A DNA stretch of 64,000 nucleotides from a virus (lineage: Duplodnaviria; Heunggongvirae; Uroviricota; Caudoviricetes). Below, in pieces: positions 36,251-45,325 of the stretch (the first letter of the stretch is position 1; the number at the start of each line of letters is the position of its first letter). A program made the position numbers and the translations under genes. Below the pieces are notes generated by a model. That model was not told where the DNA came from. It did not search any database and worked only from the letters and a program-made list of their open reading frames with translations. The stretch covers positions 163,384 to 227,383 of the IMG/VR virus record IMGVR_UViG_3300028888_000051; one strand, given 5' to 3'.

Positions 36251-37018
36251 TTATTTTACACTGTTTATAAATGGAATTGGAGCTGAGCCATAAATATTTA
36301 CTGGTAATTTTCCATCCCATTTTTGTACAGCTTCATAAGCAACTAAATTTTGATTTTTACTTAGGGCTTCAGAACGAATAGCCATTGACTTAGCCTCTGC
36401 TTCAGCAGCAAGAACTTTTTGTTTAGCTTCTTCTTGGACTTCAGCTGTTCTATTCCTTGCTTCTTCAGCCTTTTGTGTTGCTACAACTTTAGCTTCAATT
36501 GCTCTTTCAAAAGCATCTGTATATTCAATATTATTTAAAGAAACTGAACTTATTTTTATATAAAAAGCTGTCAAAGTTGTATTTAAATCTCTTTTAATTT
36601 CATCTGTAGCTTTTTCACGATTAGCAACAAGATTTGCAGCATCCCATTTACCAATCACATCTTTAACAACAGCCTCAGCATTAGGACGTAATACTTTTTC
36701 TTCATAATTTTTACCAATTTCACGATGTAAATTAATAATATTATCTAAATCAAGACGATAATTGAGAGTAATTTTCATATTAGCCGTTTGAATATCTTTT
36801 GTATAGGTCTCTATTTCCATTGTATATTTTTGAGTTTTACCTTCATATTCAATTACATTACCACCAAATGGCATATAAAAATATAAACCTTCTTCTAATG
36901 GCTTTTCTGAAGTAATTTCACCCCACATTGTCTTCAAACCACGATTACCTGTATCAATTTGCTCACCACATCCAGTTAATGAGCAAACAATAAATAAAAC
37001 AGTAAAAATTTTTTTCAT
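36251..37018 (-). CDS. SPFH/band-7 (prohibitin-like) lipoprotein
   Basis: Lipobox SLTGC after a signal peptide; SPFH core; Ala/Glu-rich coiled coil QKAEEARNRTAEVQEEAKQKVLAAEAEAK; WDGKLP ending typical of the prohibitin/HflKC class. Confidence 0.8.
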   Translation of the reverse strand: MKKIFTVLFIVCSLTGCGEQIDTGNRGLKTMWGEITSEKPLEEGLYFYMPFGGNVIEYEGKTQKYTMEIETYTKDIQTANMKITLNYRLDLDNIINLHREIGKNYEEKVLRPNAEAVVKDVIGKWDAANLVANREKATDEIKRDLNTTLTAFYIKISSVSLNNIEYTDAFERAIEAKVVATQKAEEARNRTAEVQEEAKQKVLAAEAEAKSMAIRSEALSKNQNLVAYEAVQKWDGKLPVNIYGSAPIPFINSVK

Positions 37019-37034
37019 TTGTATCCCCTTTAAT

Positions 37035-37229
37035 TTATTTATCTTTTTGTGAATAAAGTTTATTTATTATCTTTTTTCTACCATTACTAGTTAAAAATAA
37101 TATTGGTGAAAAAAGAATAATAAGTAATTTTGTTTTTGGTTTAAACATTCGATTAAATTGCATAATAATTATAAATGCCCATATTGTAATAAAATAAGCA
37201 CATAAAATACGTAAAATTAAAATACTCAT
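37035..37229 (-). CDS. small membrane protein (64 aa, two hydrophobic segments)
   Basis: Sits directly upstream of the SPFH gene in the same operon. Confidence 0.5.
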   Translation of the reverse strand: MSILILRILCAYFITIWAFIIIMQFNRMFKPKTKLLIILFSPILFLTSNGRKKIINKLYSQKDK

Positions 37230-37244
37230 TTATTATTTTCTCCT

Positions 37245-37871
37245 TTAAAATCCAGTAGCAACTAAAACTAAAGCATTTTCTTTAACTTCAACTGGTATTT
37301 CACCAATTGTATGATATTTAAGTGTATGTAATTCATAATAAGCATTAAATTTTCTTTCAGCAATTACATGATAACCGTTAATTGTTTCAAATGTTGCTTT
37401 ATAATATTTATCACAAAGATTAATAACTTTATCTAATAAAGCTTTACTTTTACTATCTATATCAAATAACCAATATCTACTCTTTTTATCAGAAGAAGTA
37501 TCTTTCATACAATTACTTGTTAATAATTTTGCATAATTTTTTGCTGAAAATTCAATTCTTTGATTACATAAAGCTGGATCTAATAATTTAGTTATATCAT
37601 CACGTAAAGTAACCATAGATTTAATATATGATTTTCTATCAGTACACATATAAAGTCTACATTTATTATCTTCTATTACTTTTTTCATTTCAGGTATGTA
37701 CCAATATAAATCTTTAATACTAGATATTACCCAAGTTTGTATGATTTTACTTTCTTTTTCTAAATAAATTTTTGGATCATCTTTTCTACGCTTTAAAGCA
37801 ATAAAAAAGTAATAAGAATGACCAATATTGTATTTCATTATGAAATCTAATTTATCAAAGTTATTAATCAT
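37245..37871 (-). CDS. hypothetical protein (208 aa) with DxD and G-Y-H motifs
   Basis: YWLFDIDSK ... TINGYHVIA is reminiscent of AEP primase-polymerase motifs I/II; unverified. Confidence 0.45.
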   Translation of the reverse strand: MINNFDKLDFIMKYNIGHSYYFFIALKRRKDDPKIYLEKESKIIQTWVISSIKDLYWYIPEMKKVIEDNKCRLYMCTDRKSYIKSMVTLRDDITKLLDPALCNQRIEFSAKNYAKLLTSNCMKDTSSDKKSRYWLFDIDSKSKALLDKVINLCDKYYKATFETINGYHVIAERKFNAYYELHTLKYHTIGEIPVEVKENALVLVATGF

Positions 37872-37882
37872 TAAAGGTCTCT

Positions 37883-38470
37883 TTATTGATGGTTTTTAAC
37901 TATTTCATCAGTAACACCATAATCAATTGCTTCTTCTGCTGACATCCAAAAATCACGTTCACAATCTTTTTTAACTTGATTAATATCTTTATTTGTAGCA
38001 TTAGCGATCATTTGCATTAACATATCTTGTAATCTGCTAACTTCTTCTAATGTAATTTTCATATCATGAACATTTGCTTGCATACCACTACTAACAGAAT
38101 GAAGCATATATCTAGCATGAGGCATTATTTTACGCATACCTTTTGTACCAGATAATGCAATCATAGCATCCATAGAGGCAACTTCACCTGATACAATAGT
38201 TGATACAGGACATGAAATCATATTCATAGTATCAATAATCTGTAAACCAGCTGTTACACTTCCACCTGGTCCACTAACAATCATTGTAATAGGTTTATCT
38301 TTATCTTCTGCTTCTAAATATAAAAGTTGAGCAACAACACTTTCGGCTAATTCATCATCAACTTTACCACAACATAAAATTAATCTATCACGAATTAATC
38401 TTGAAGTAATATCAACTTGACGTTCGTTACCATTAGAATCTTTATAAATAACTGATGGAATTCCTATCAT
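37883..38470 (-). CDS. clpP: ATP-dependent Clp protease proteolytic subunit
   Basis: GPGGSVTAGLQIIDTM, GEVASMDAM (catalytic Ser context), MLHSVSSG (His) and WMSAEEAIDYGVTDEI are collinear with ClpP. Confidence 0.85.
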   Translation of the reverse strand: MIGIPSVIYKDSNGNERQVDITSRLIRDRLILCCGKVDDELAESVVAQLLYLEAEDKDKPITMIVSGPGGSVTAGLQIIDTMNMISCPVSTIVSGEVASMDAMIALSGTKGMRKIMPHARYMLHSVSSGMQANVHDMKITLEEVSRLQDMLMQMIANATNKDINQVKKDCERDFWMSAEEAIDYGVTDEIVKNHQ

Positions 38471-38491
38471 TTTATATATTTTCCTTTCTTT

Positions 38492-39310
38492 TTAATTTGC
38501 TTTGAAACATCTTTTATTAAAACCTTTAGGCATAAGACCTTTATAAAAATTTTCACCTATGTGAGTTTTTTTACCATGTTTTACTATAGAATCAATTGTA
38601 CCATTTGATATATAATATTCACAAGGTGTTTGTTCATGTGTAACATACATCTTAACTAATTTATGAGTTAAAAATTGCATAGTACTCCAAAGAGATACAC
38701 ATTTATAAACACTTCCGCCGCCTTTACCGGCTTCACGACGAGCTCTGTTTTTAACTCCTCCTGATTCACAAAAGTATTGTACTTTAATTTTCCATTCGCC
38801 TTTTTCATTTAAACTAAATACTTCACCGTCTTCTCGTATTACATATTTAGTTTTTTTACCAACATAGGCTAAAATCGTGTGTTTTAAACCATTTATTGTA
38901 AAGCAATCCACTACACTAATATTATTATATTTTGTAGTTTGATGTCCAGTATATTTATTCAATTTAACGGTTTCTATTTCACCTGTTTCTTTATCAGTTA
39001 TTTTTTTGTTAATAACATATTTAATATCTAATGTATCATGTTCAGTGTTATTAATATCTTTTTTATCTTTTTGATAAATAAGACATGCATATACACCGTT
39101 ATCTATTTCTATATATGAAAAATTAATACGTTTATCCCAAGATGTAATAATTTTTCTTAAATCTTCTAAAAATTGTTCTCGCTCAATCTGAGAAAAAGTT
39201 ATAAAAGATATACCAGGAACTAACCAATCTTTGGAATTAATTTTAATTTCATGAGCAAAAGTATCTTTACCTAAATTAGTTAAAATTAAGTCTCTCAAAT
39301 CTCGTTGCAT
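38492..39310 (-). CDS. hypothetical protein (272 aa); C-terminal part weakly HNH_3/AP2-like
   Basis: SVYKCVSLWSTMQFLTHKLVKMYV resembles the Y..V.L....F.VH.LV pattern of homing-endonuclease DNA-binding modules (weak). Confidence 0.45.
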   Translation of the reverse strand: MQRDLRDLILTNLGKDTFAHEIKINSKDWLVPGISFITFSQIEREQFLEDLRKIITSWDKRINFSYIEIDNGVYACLIYQKDKKDINNTEHDTLDIKYVINKKITDKETGEIETVKLNKYTGHQTTKYNNISVVDCFTINGLKHTILAYVGKKTKYVIREDGEVFSLNEKGEWKIKVQYFCESGGVKNRARREAGKGGGSVYKCVSLWSTMQFLTHKLVKMYVTHEQTPCEYYISNGTIDSIVKHGKKTHIGENFYKGLMPKGFNKRCFKAN

Positions 39311-39365
39311 TTAAAATTCCTTTCTTAATTAAATTAAACTATGTATTTAATATAGTATTTAATTT

Positions 39366-39782
39366 TTATTTTGTAAAGCCGTTAAATGTTATTTTATCAT
39401 TTTTATATAGCATTAAATATTGTTGTTTAGCTAATAAAAGATTTTCATTGTCTTCTTCAGTTGCTTGTTTAGTAGAAAGATTAATATTTAATAATTTTTT
39501 AATATTTCTAATATATCTATCTTCTTCCAATCGTAAATTTATCCATCTTTCTTCATCTGTAGAAAAAATACAAACAATTTCATTATCTGTCTTATTATTA
39601 AATCTAACATTTTTTATAAAGCTTAAAGCTCTTTTTATACCAAATATATGTCCTTCAGATTCTTCCGTATTTACTACTCTAAAAGCTGATTGAAAACATA
39701 TTTCATTATTTTCATTAAGCATTACTATACCAACATCATTACTCGTATAATGTTTATTTATTGCTGTATATATTTTTAACAT
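39366..39782 (-). CDS. hypothetical protein (138 aa), possibly a degenerate RNase H-like fold
   Basis: MLKIYTAIN..VGIVM..EESEGHIFGIKRAL loosely follows the RNase HI order, but the first catalytic Asp position is Ala. Confidence 0.4.
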   Translation of the reverse strand: MLKIYTAINKHYTSNDVGIVMLNENNEICFQSAFRVVNTEESEGHIFGIKRALSFIKNVRFNNKTDNEIVCIFSTDEERWINLRLEEDRYIRNIKKLLNINLSTKQATEEDNENLLLAKQQYLMLYKNDKITFNGFTK

Positions 39783-39849
39783 ATGATTAATTCCTATAAT
39801 TAATTGATATAATTAATATAAATATATACTTTAGATAGTAAAGCCATTT

Positions 39850-40407
39850 TTAAATATTATTTTCTTGTAATTTAAATAATGTGTAATATTCTATTGGATT
39901 ATCATGACCATAAAAATATAATATATTAAAAGATTTATCTTTTCTTATTCCTTTTAGTCCTTCGTATTTATAGCCATAATAATCTGTTAACTTTTTATCT
40001 ATTTCAGAGGTCATAAGATCATCAGTTAAAACTAAAAAATTTTTTATTATTTTGGCATCAGATAAGTATTCTTTATCTTTAACATAAGAGCTTAAACATA
40101 TCATATAAGCTTCTACTGGAATTTGCATTTGTTGTATTTCTTTTATAATTATTGGATCATTGATTATAAAACTATCAAAATTAACAAATTCTATAGATTC
40201 TTTTAATTTTTTATATGAAGAAGATTCTGCGAGGGCAGTGTCTATCCATGGTTCAGTATCTCCTTTCACACAATTAAACATTTGAAAAGCTACAGAATTT
40301 TTGTAATAACCAACGTCAATCCATTCATAGTCTTTTTGTAAAGGAAAATGTTCTTTTAACCATTTAATGCCATTTAAACCAAAAGTTTTTTCATTTAGAG
40401 AATACAT
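39850..40407 (-). CDS. hypothetical protein (185 aa)
   Basis: ORF in the minus-strand operon; overlaps the upstream gene by 17 nt. Confidence 0.5.
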   Translation of the reverse strand: MYSLNEKTFGLNGIKWLKEHFPLQKDYEWIDVGYYKNSVAFQMFNCVKGDTEPWIDTALAESSSYKKLKESIEFVNFDSFIINDPIIIKEIQQMQIPVEAYMICLSSYVKDKEYLSDAKIIKNFLVLTDDLMTSEIDKKLTDYYGYKYEGLKGIRKDKSFNILYFYGHDNPIEYYTLFKLQENNI

Positions 40408-40981
40408 CTATTTCTCCAGCTAATTTGAGATAAGTATATATTTCTTTAGCGTTATCTGTAAAATTGAAATGAGTATATTTTGAATTTTTTGTAAAACTTA
40501 TACCTGCTTTTGATAATTTATCAATTATAATATCATTTAAAATATTATTTTTAATACAAATTTTTTTAAATGCTACTTGTGGAAGTTTTAAATTACCTAT
40601 TTTATTATCAGGTGTTTTATATGTATAAATTAAATATACTATATAATTAAGTATAATATGTTTATAAGTGTCTGTATCTATTTTACGTTTTCTAAAATAA
40701 TTTATTAAAGAAGGTTTAAATTCATAATATTGTTCATTTATATTACTAAAAGTTTCAATTTTTAGTTGTTTATAATACTTTTTATTTATTGTTTGAAATA
40801 ATTTTTCATTAAAAATTCTAAAATAAAATCTATTATACTTATTATCTATTGTTTCAAATGATGATATTTCAAAAAATTCATTTTTCTGTAATAAATATTT
40901 ATATTTTCGCTCTAAATATTTCAGAGCTAATACATATATATTTGATATTTCTAAATTTACGTGTAACATTTTTACTCTCAT
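40391..40981 (-). CDS. hypothetical protein (196 aa)
   Basis: ORF in the minus-strand operon downstream of glyA. Confidence 0.5.
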   Translation of the reverse strand: MRVKMLHVNLEISNIYVLALKYLERKYKYLLQKNEFFEISSFETIDNKYNRFYFRIFNEKLFQTINKKYYKQLKIETFSNINEQYYEFKPSLINYFRKRKIDTDTYKHIILNYIVYLIYTYKTPDNKIGNLKLPQVAFKKICIKNNILNDIIIDKLSKAGISFTKNSKYTHFNFTDNAKEIYTYLKLAGEIDVFSK

Positions 40982-41027
40982 TAATTAAATGTATTATAAC
41001 AAAATAATCAATGAGAGTAAAACCTTT

Positions 41028-42377
41028 TTAAGCTATAATATTATCTGGTCCATTATTAATTGATAAATCATATTTTTGTTTATAAAAAGGACCTACTTTA
41101 TTTAGCATTTTTTTAACCGTAGAGTGAATACTTTCATTTTCTAAATCAATTATGCCTTCAGGAACCTCTTGCTTACCACGAAGTAAAATACGAGCAATAA
41201 GTTGACCTAATTCAAAGCACATAGATTCATCAAAACCCCGAGTTGTAATCGCTGGAGTACCAATTCTAATTGCAGAAGATTCAGATGGTTTAGTATCACC
41301 CGGCATCATGTTTTTATTACAAATAATATGATATGATGTTAATAAGTCTTCAGCCTGTTTACCATTTATACCAGAATTTCTAAGGTCTACTAATACCATA
41401 TGATTTTCTGAGCCATTACTAATGAATCCTATTTTATTTTCTTTATCGAAATCTCTTATACCATTGATAAGTGCTTGCATATTACAATATACTTGTTCTA
41501 TATAATCTTTAAATTCTGGTTTGAGAGCTTCAATAAAACATTGTGCTTTAGCAGCAACAAGTGCTTCATTTGGACCACCTTGAATTTTTGGAAAACACCC
41601 ACTGTTAATTTTACTACAAAGTTTTTGGTCATTCCAAAGAATTATACCACCACGAGGTCCTCTTAAAGTTTTGTGTGTTGTAGAAGTGATCACATCACAC
41701 CATTTAGTTGGATCATATTTATCTTTCCATAAATGAGCAGCAATAAATCCCATTACATGAGCTGAATCAGACATAAGATAACATTTTGTTTCTTCATCCC
41801 TACCAAGATTATATACATCTACCAATTTCCTTATATATTCATAATTAATTCGTTTAGAATAAGCTGAAGCTCCAACAACTAACATTCTTGGATGATATTG
41901 AAGTAATTTTTGTTTAATTTCTTCATAATTCAATTCACCATTTTCATCAAGACCATAATATACAGGATTATATATATGACCTGTTAATGAAGCTTTAGAG
42001 TAGTGTGTCAAATGTCCGCCATATTCTATGCCCATTCCAAGTACTGTATCACCTGGTTTTAAAAGACCTGCATATACAGCTTGATTAGCCTGAGAGCCAG
42101 AATGAGGTTGAACACAAGCAAAATTTACATTAAATAATTCTTTAGCTTTTTCTATAGCATAATTTTCTACTTCATTTATTACTTCACATCCAGCATAATG
42201 ACGTCCCTGTTTAGAAACTTCATTTGGAAATCCTTCTGCATACTTTACAGATAAATGACTTCCCAAAAGATCAAGAATATCTTGACTTGGATAGTTTTCT
42301 GAAGCTATTAATTCAATACCATCATTAAGACGATTTGTCTCTTTGCTTTCTAATTGTTGTAATTTTTGATCAATCAT
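41028..42377 (-). CDS. glyA: serine hydroxymethyltransferase
   Basis: LIASENY, YAEGFP, VQPHSGSQAN, GGHLTH and TTHKTLRGPRGG (PLP-Lys context) are all present in order. Confidence 0.95.
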   Translation of the reverse strand: MIDQKLQQLESKETNRLNDGIELIASENYPSQDILDLLGSHLSVKYAEGFPNEVSKQGRHYAGCEVINEVENYAIEKAKELFNVNFACVQPHSGSQANQAVYAGLLKPGDTVLGMGIEYGGHLTHYSKASLTGHIYNPVYYGLDENGELNYEEIKQKLLQYHPRMLVVGASAYSKRINYEYIRKLVDVYNLGRDEETKCYLMSDSAHVMGFIAAHLWKDKYDPTKWCDVITSTTHKTLRGPRGGIILWNDQKLCSKINSGCFPKIQGGPNEALVAAKAQCFIEALKPEFKDYIEQVYCNMQALINGIRDFDKENKIGFISNGSENHMVLVDLRNSGINGKQAEDLLTSYHIICNKNMMPGDTKPSESSAIRIGTPAITTRGFDESMCFELGQLIARILLRGKQEVPEGIIDLENESIHSTVKKMLNKVGPFYKQKYDLSINNGPDNIIA

Positions 42378-42391
42378 TTATATCTCCTTTT

Positions 42392-42493
42392 CTATTTTCT
42401 TAAATACGTATACCATAACAATAATCCACAAGCACATGATAAACATAATGCTAGAACAAATATTCCTAAGTTATTTGTTATATCTTCTATCAT
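42392..42493 (-). CDS. small membrane peptide (33 aa), not in the ORF track
   Basis: Hand translation MIEDITNNLGIFVLALCLSCACGLLLWYTYLRK. ATGA start/stop overlap with the upstream small ORF; ends 15 nt before glyA. Confidence 0.35.
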   Translation of the reverse strand: MIEDITNNLGIFVLALCLSCACGLLLWYTYLRK

Positions 42494-42618
42494 TCTTCTT
42501 TTATATTTAAATCAATATCATCATTTTCAATTAACTCTTTAATACGTCTGGCAATAGTATATCTACCATATCCTAATACTCTATCTATAATAATATTTAT
42601 GTTATATCTTTTAGTCAT
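42490..42618 (-). CDS. small protein (42 aa), possible helix-turn-helix, not in the ORF track
   Basis: Hand translation MTKRYNINIIIDRVLGYGRYTIARRIKELIENDDIDLNIKEE; 8-nt overlap with 42611..42826. Confidence 0.35.
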   Translation of the reverse strand: MTKRYNINIIIDRVLGYGRYTIARRIKELIENDDIDLNIKEE

Positions 42619-42826
42619 TTAGAACTCTATCTTCTATTAGAGTATTTTTTAATTTATTAAGCTCTTGTTTTAGTTCATCTAAAGTCAAATTTTTATCATT
42701 AGTCATATTAATTCTACCAAGATGCTTATACCAAGTGATTAACAAACCTGTTTCAGTGTCTAAAATGTAAAAATCATCCTCATATCTAGTTAAAATAAAC
42801 TCATAACTATTATACCCAGATGTCAA
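42611..42826 (-). CDS. hypothetical protein (71 aa), TTG start
   Basis: The TTG start overlaps the TGA stop of the upstream 34-aa ORF (TTGA), consistent with translational coupling. Confidence 0.45.
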   Translation of the reverse strand: MTSGYNSYEFILTRYEDDFYILDTETGLLITWYKHLGRINMTNDKNLTLDELKQELNKLKNTLIEDRVLND

Positions 42827-42927
42827 TAAATCAAAAGTTTACCATATTGTTCATTTGTAAATACTTCATTAAAAGTATTACAAAAATCTTCTCTTTCAAA
42901 ATGATACTGTTCCATGCTATCAAACAT
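42823..42927 (-). CDS. small protein (34 aa), not in the ORF track
   Basis: Hand translation MFDSMEQYHFEREDFCNTFNEVFTNEQYGKLLIY; AAGGAAG RBS right after the stop of the QueC-like gene. Confidence 0.35.
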   Translation of the reverse strand: MFDSMEQYHFEREDFCNTFNEVFTNEQYGKLLIY

Positions 42928-42943
42928 TATTTTCTTCCTTTCA

Positions 42944-43663
42944 TCATAAAGCGAAAAATTCCCACTTCTTCTTTTTACAATACTCTAATGCACTATTATG
43001 TAAATTGCAAGAAGAACAATTGTTACATGGTTTTTTATCAACACAACCTGGAGATTGACAATATGAACAATATTTTAATATTTTATGCTCATGTAAATAC
43101 CACAAAATATATTTCTTTTCAACCCACTCAAATGGTAAATATAAACTAGCATTAGCTTTACTCATTGAGTTTATAGTTTCAAAAAGATTATTAAATTTAT
43201 CTATAAAGTGCCATATATCATCATTTTTTATATATCCACATGAGATTAAACGGTTATTACCCCTAATTAAATTCGATATCATACTTAAAAACAATTGTGG
43301 CTGACTAATACCTCCTCCATTACAATAATCATCACAATCACCATTTTCTTTAATTTCAAATGTAATGTGATTAACTAATATTTTTTGCTTTTTAAATATC
43401 TTAAGTAATTGTTTTTGAGCAATTATATCAGCAGGATAACTTCCGAATCGGTCATAATTTATAGAAACAAGATTGATAGTTTTATGGAACTTTTCCCACA
43501 AATATAATACTAAAGCTGTAGAATCACATCCACCACTCCATAAAACAAAAATGTCTGAAATATTTTCTGGTATTTTTATATAATTACTATACAAATCATT
43601 TACCCAATTAAAAAATTCTGAACCGATTATATCTTCTCGTATATCCATGACTTTCCTATTCAA
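42944..43663 (-). CDS. QueC-like PP-loop ATP pyrophosphatase (7-cyano-7-deazaguanine synthase family, divergent)
   Basis: SGGCDS PP-loop motif near the N-terminus. C-terminal Cys cluster CSYCQSPGC...CNNCSSCNLH sits where QueC has its zinc site. Length 239 aa. Confidence 0.5.
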   Translation of the reverse strand: MNRKVMDIREDIIGSEFFNWVNDLYSNYIKIPENISDIFVLWSGGCDSTALVLYLWEKFHKTINLVSINYDRFGSYPADIIAQKQLLKIFKKQKILVNHITFEIKENGDCDDYCNGGGISQPQLFLSMISNLIRGNNRLISCGYIKNDDIWHFIDKFNNLFETINSMSKANASLYLPFEWVEKKYILWYLHEHKILKYCSYCQSPGCVDKKPCNNCSSCNLHNSALEYCKKKKWEFFAL

Positions 43664-43750
43664 TATTAATCTTTTTCTTTTGTTTCAAATCAACCGTGTT
43701 TTAAAGCAAATTTACTAAAAGTAATTAGAATATTTTGTGTTAGTATTTCT

Positions 43751-43996
43751 TCATTCTCTATCTTTATGGACTGCTTTTATTGCTTGGTTATATAACCACT
43801 CTTTATAGCCATCTATACTCATCGAATAAAAGTTTCCTAGACGAGTATTTATAGAGTATTGTTTATTGTTATACTTAAAAGATACATCTATTCCTTTATT
43901 TAAATCTTCCCAAGTTGCATTATCAGGAATAGCATCCCAAAAACTATCAATGATGTTGTAGATTTGAAAGTGTTCATCTTCGTAGTCTTTAGTCAT
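43751..43996 (-). CDS. hypothetical protein (81 aa)
   Basis: Member of the minus-strand chain of small ORFs; 4-nt overlap with the upstream ORF. Confidence 0.45.
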   Translation of the reverse strand: MTKDYEDEHFQIYNIIDSFWDAIPDNATWEDLNKGIDVSFKYNNKQYSINTRLGNFYSMSIDGYKEWLYNQAIKAVHKDRE

Positions 43997-44199
43997 TTCA
44001 ATACCTCATCTATTTTGGTTAAAAGTTCTGCTTTGTTTTTAAAAATATCTACATACCAACAAACTGGTCTTCTACACTCTTTCAGAAGTTCTTTGAGCTG
44101 TTTGTTTTCTAAAATAATTTTATCAATATCCTTTATAATAATAGTTCGTTTAAGTTGTGATTCTTTAAGTATTGCCATATAATCATCTACATCAGTCAT
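43993..44199 (-). CDS. hypothetical protein (68 aa)
   Basis: Member of the small-ORF chain. Confidence 0.45.
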   Translation of the reverse strand: MTDVDDYMAILKESQLKRTIIIKDIDKIILENKQLKELLKECRRPVCWYVDIFKNKAELLTKIDEVLK

Positions 44200-44230
44200 T
44201 CTTCATTCTCCAAACGTGCTTTTAAAATAT

Positions 44231-44533
44231 TTAATCCTTATCTAAAAATTTCTTTTCTGTTTGCATTCTTTCTGGAATTATTTTCCATAATTTATTAATC
44301 GCATACGAAGTAAATGCATCAATAACTTTAGCAGTTTGCTTTTTAGTATCAATGACATAAATATCATCTTTTATTTTTACGTATAAAATATTTTCATTAG
44401 TCATTTCATATATAAAGTATCCTTTTTTAAGATATCCTAAAGCTTCTTCAAAATTTACGGTAAAATTAAAATCTATTTTTAGATCATTACCCCAAATAAG
44501 AACTTTAAATAACCACCAAAATAATTTAATCAT
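44231..44533 (-). CDS. hypothetical protein (100 aa)
   Basis: Member of the small-ORF chain; 8-nt overlap with the upstream ORF. Confidence 0.45.
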   Translation of the reverse strand: MIKLFWWLFKVLIWGNDLKIDFNFTVNFEEALGYLKKGYFIYEMTNENILYVKIKDDIYVIDTKKQTAKVIDAFTSYAINKLWKIIPERMQTEKKFLDKD

Positions 44534-44951
44534 CTTGTTTGTCCTTTATATGTGTGATTGATATGCTCCAACCTTTATTTTCTAATTCGACATGATAACT
44601 TTCCCAATATTCTCTATCTGTTTCACGAGTCGATTTATCAGTAATTTTTCCTTTTAATACATTATCATTAATAAGTATTTCTATATTATCATTCAGATTC
44701 ATTTGTTTTAACTCCAACATTACTTCATTTTGAATATTATTAACATCAGTCTCGTTTTCAAAGATTTCGGTAGATTGATTTATTTTTTCTTTTAACTCAT
44801 TATTTTCTTCTTTTAATTCTTTTATTTCATTTTTCTCTTTTGTACAAGAACAATTACTATGACCAATTGTATATCCTAAAAGGAAACCTGCATTTGCATT
44901 AAAAGAAATTGTCATCAAAACTGTTAAAGTTATTAATAGTTTAATCATCAT
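44526..44951 (-). CDS. secreted coiled-coil protein (141 aa)
   Basis: Signal peptide MMIKLLITLTVLMTISFNANA followed by a Glu/Lys/Asn-rich helix. Confidence 0.5.
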   Translation of the reverse strand: MMIKLLITLTVLMTISFNANAGFLLGYTIGHSNCSCTKEKNEIKELKEENNELKEKINQSTEIFENETDVNNIQNEVMLELKQMNLNDNIEILINDNVLKGKITDKSTRETDREYWESYHVELENKGWSISITHIKDKQDD

Positions 44952-45325
44952 CTATTTCTTTCAATCCTATTAGCTAGCTTCTTGATTTCTTTGCATACAT
45001 CATCATAATTTATACTTTTACTTTTTAAACACAAAATCAAGTAGTCTTGATTTCTATTAATATTGTTTTCTATTTCGAAACGCCAATTATAAAAGGGATT
45101 TAAGTAATTAAAACAAAAATCACGTATAATATCTAAATTCTTAACAGCCATATAGATTTCACATGGTGTTTTTCCATGTCCACAACAACACGAAAGTGTT
45201 TTTATACCACTCAATGTATTTAAAATAAAAATTAAATTATGTAATTCTTTATCTATTTCTTTATAAGGAATATTTATATTATCTATTTTATCAAATTCTA
45301 TTTTTTGCATAATATTAATCCTCAA
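44948..45325 (-). CDS. hypothetical Cys-cluster protein (125 aa)
   Basis: LSCCCGHGKTPC motif; 4-nt overlap with the downstream ORF. Confidence 0.45.
   Translation of the reverse strand: MRINIMQKIEFDKIDNINIPYKEIDKELHNLIFILNTLSGIKTLSCCCGHGKTPCEIYMAVKNLDIIRDFCFNYLNPFYNWRFEIENNINRNQDYLILCLKSKSINYDDVCKEIKKLANRIERNR

Noticed and set aside
37883-38470. ClpP as the capsid maturation protease
   Set aside because: A T4 gp21-type prohead protease followed by a scaffold gene is present at 15627..19386. This ClpP is full length, cellular in type, and sits in a non-structural operon with an SPFH gene.
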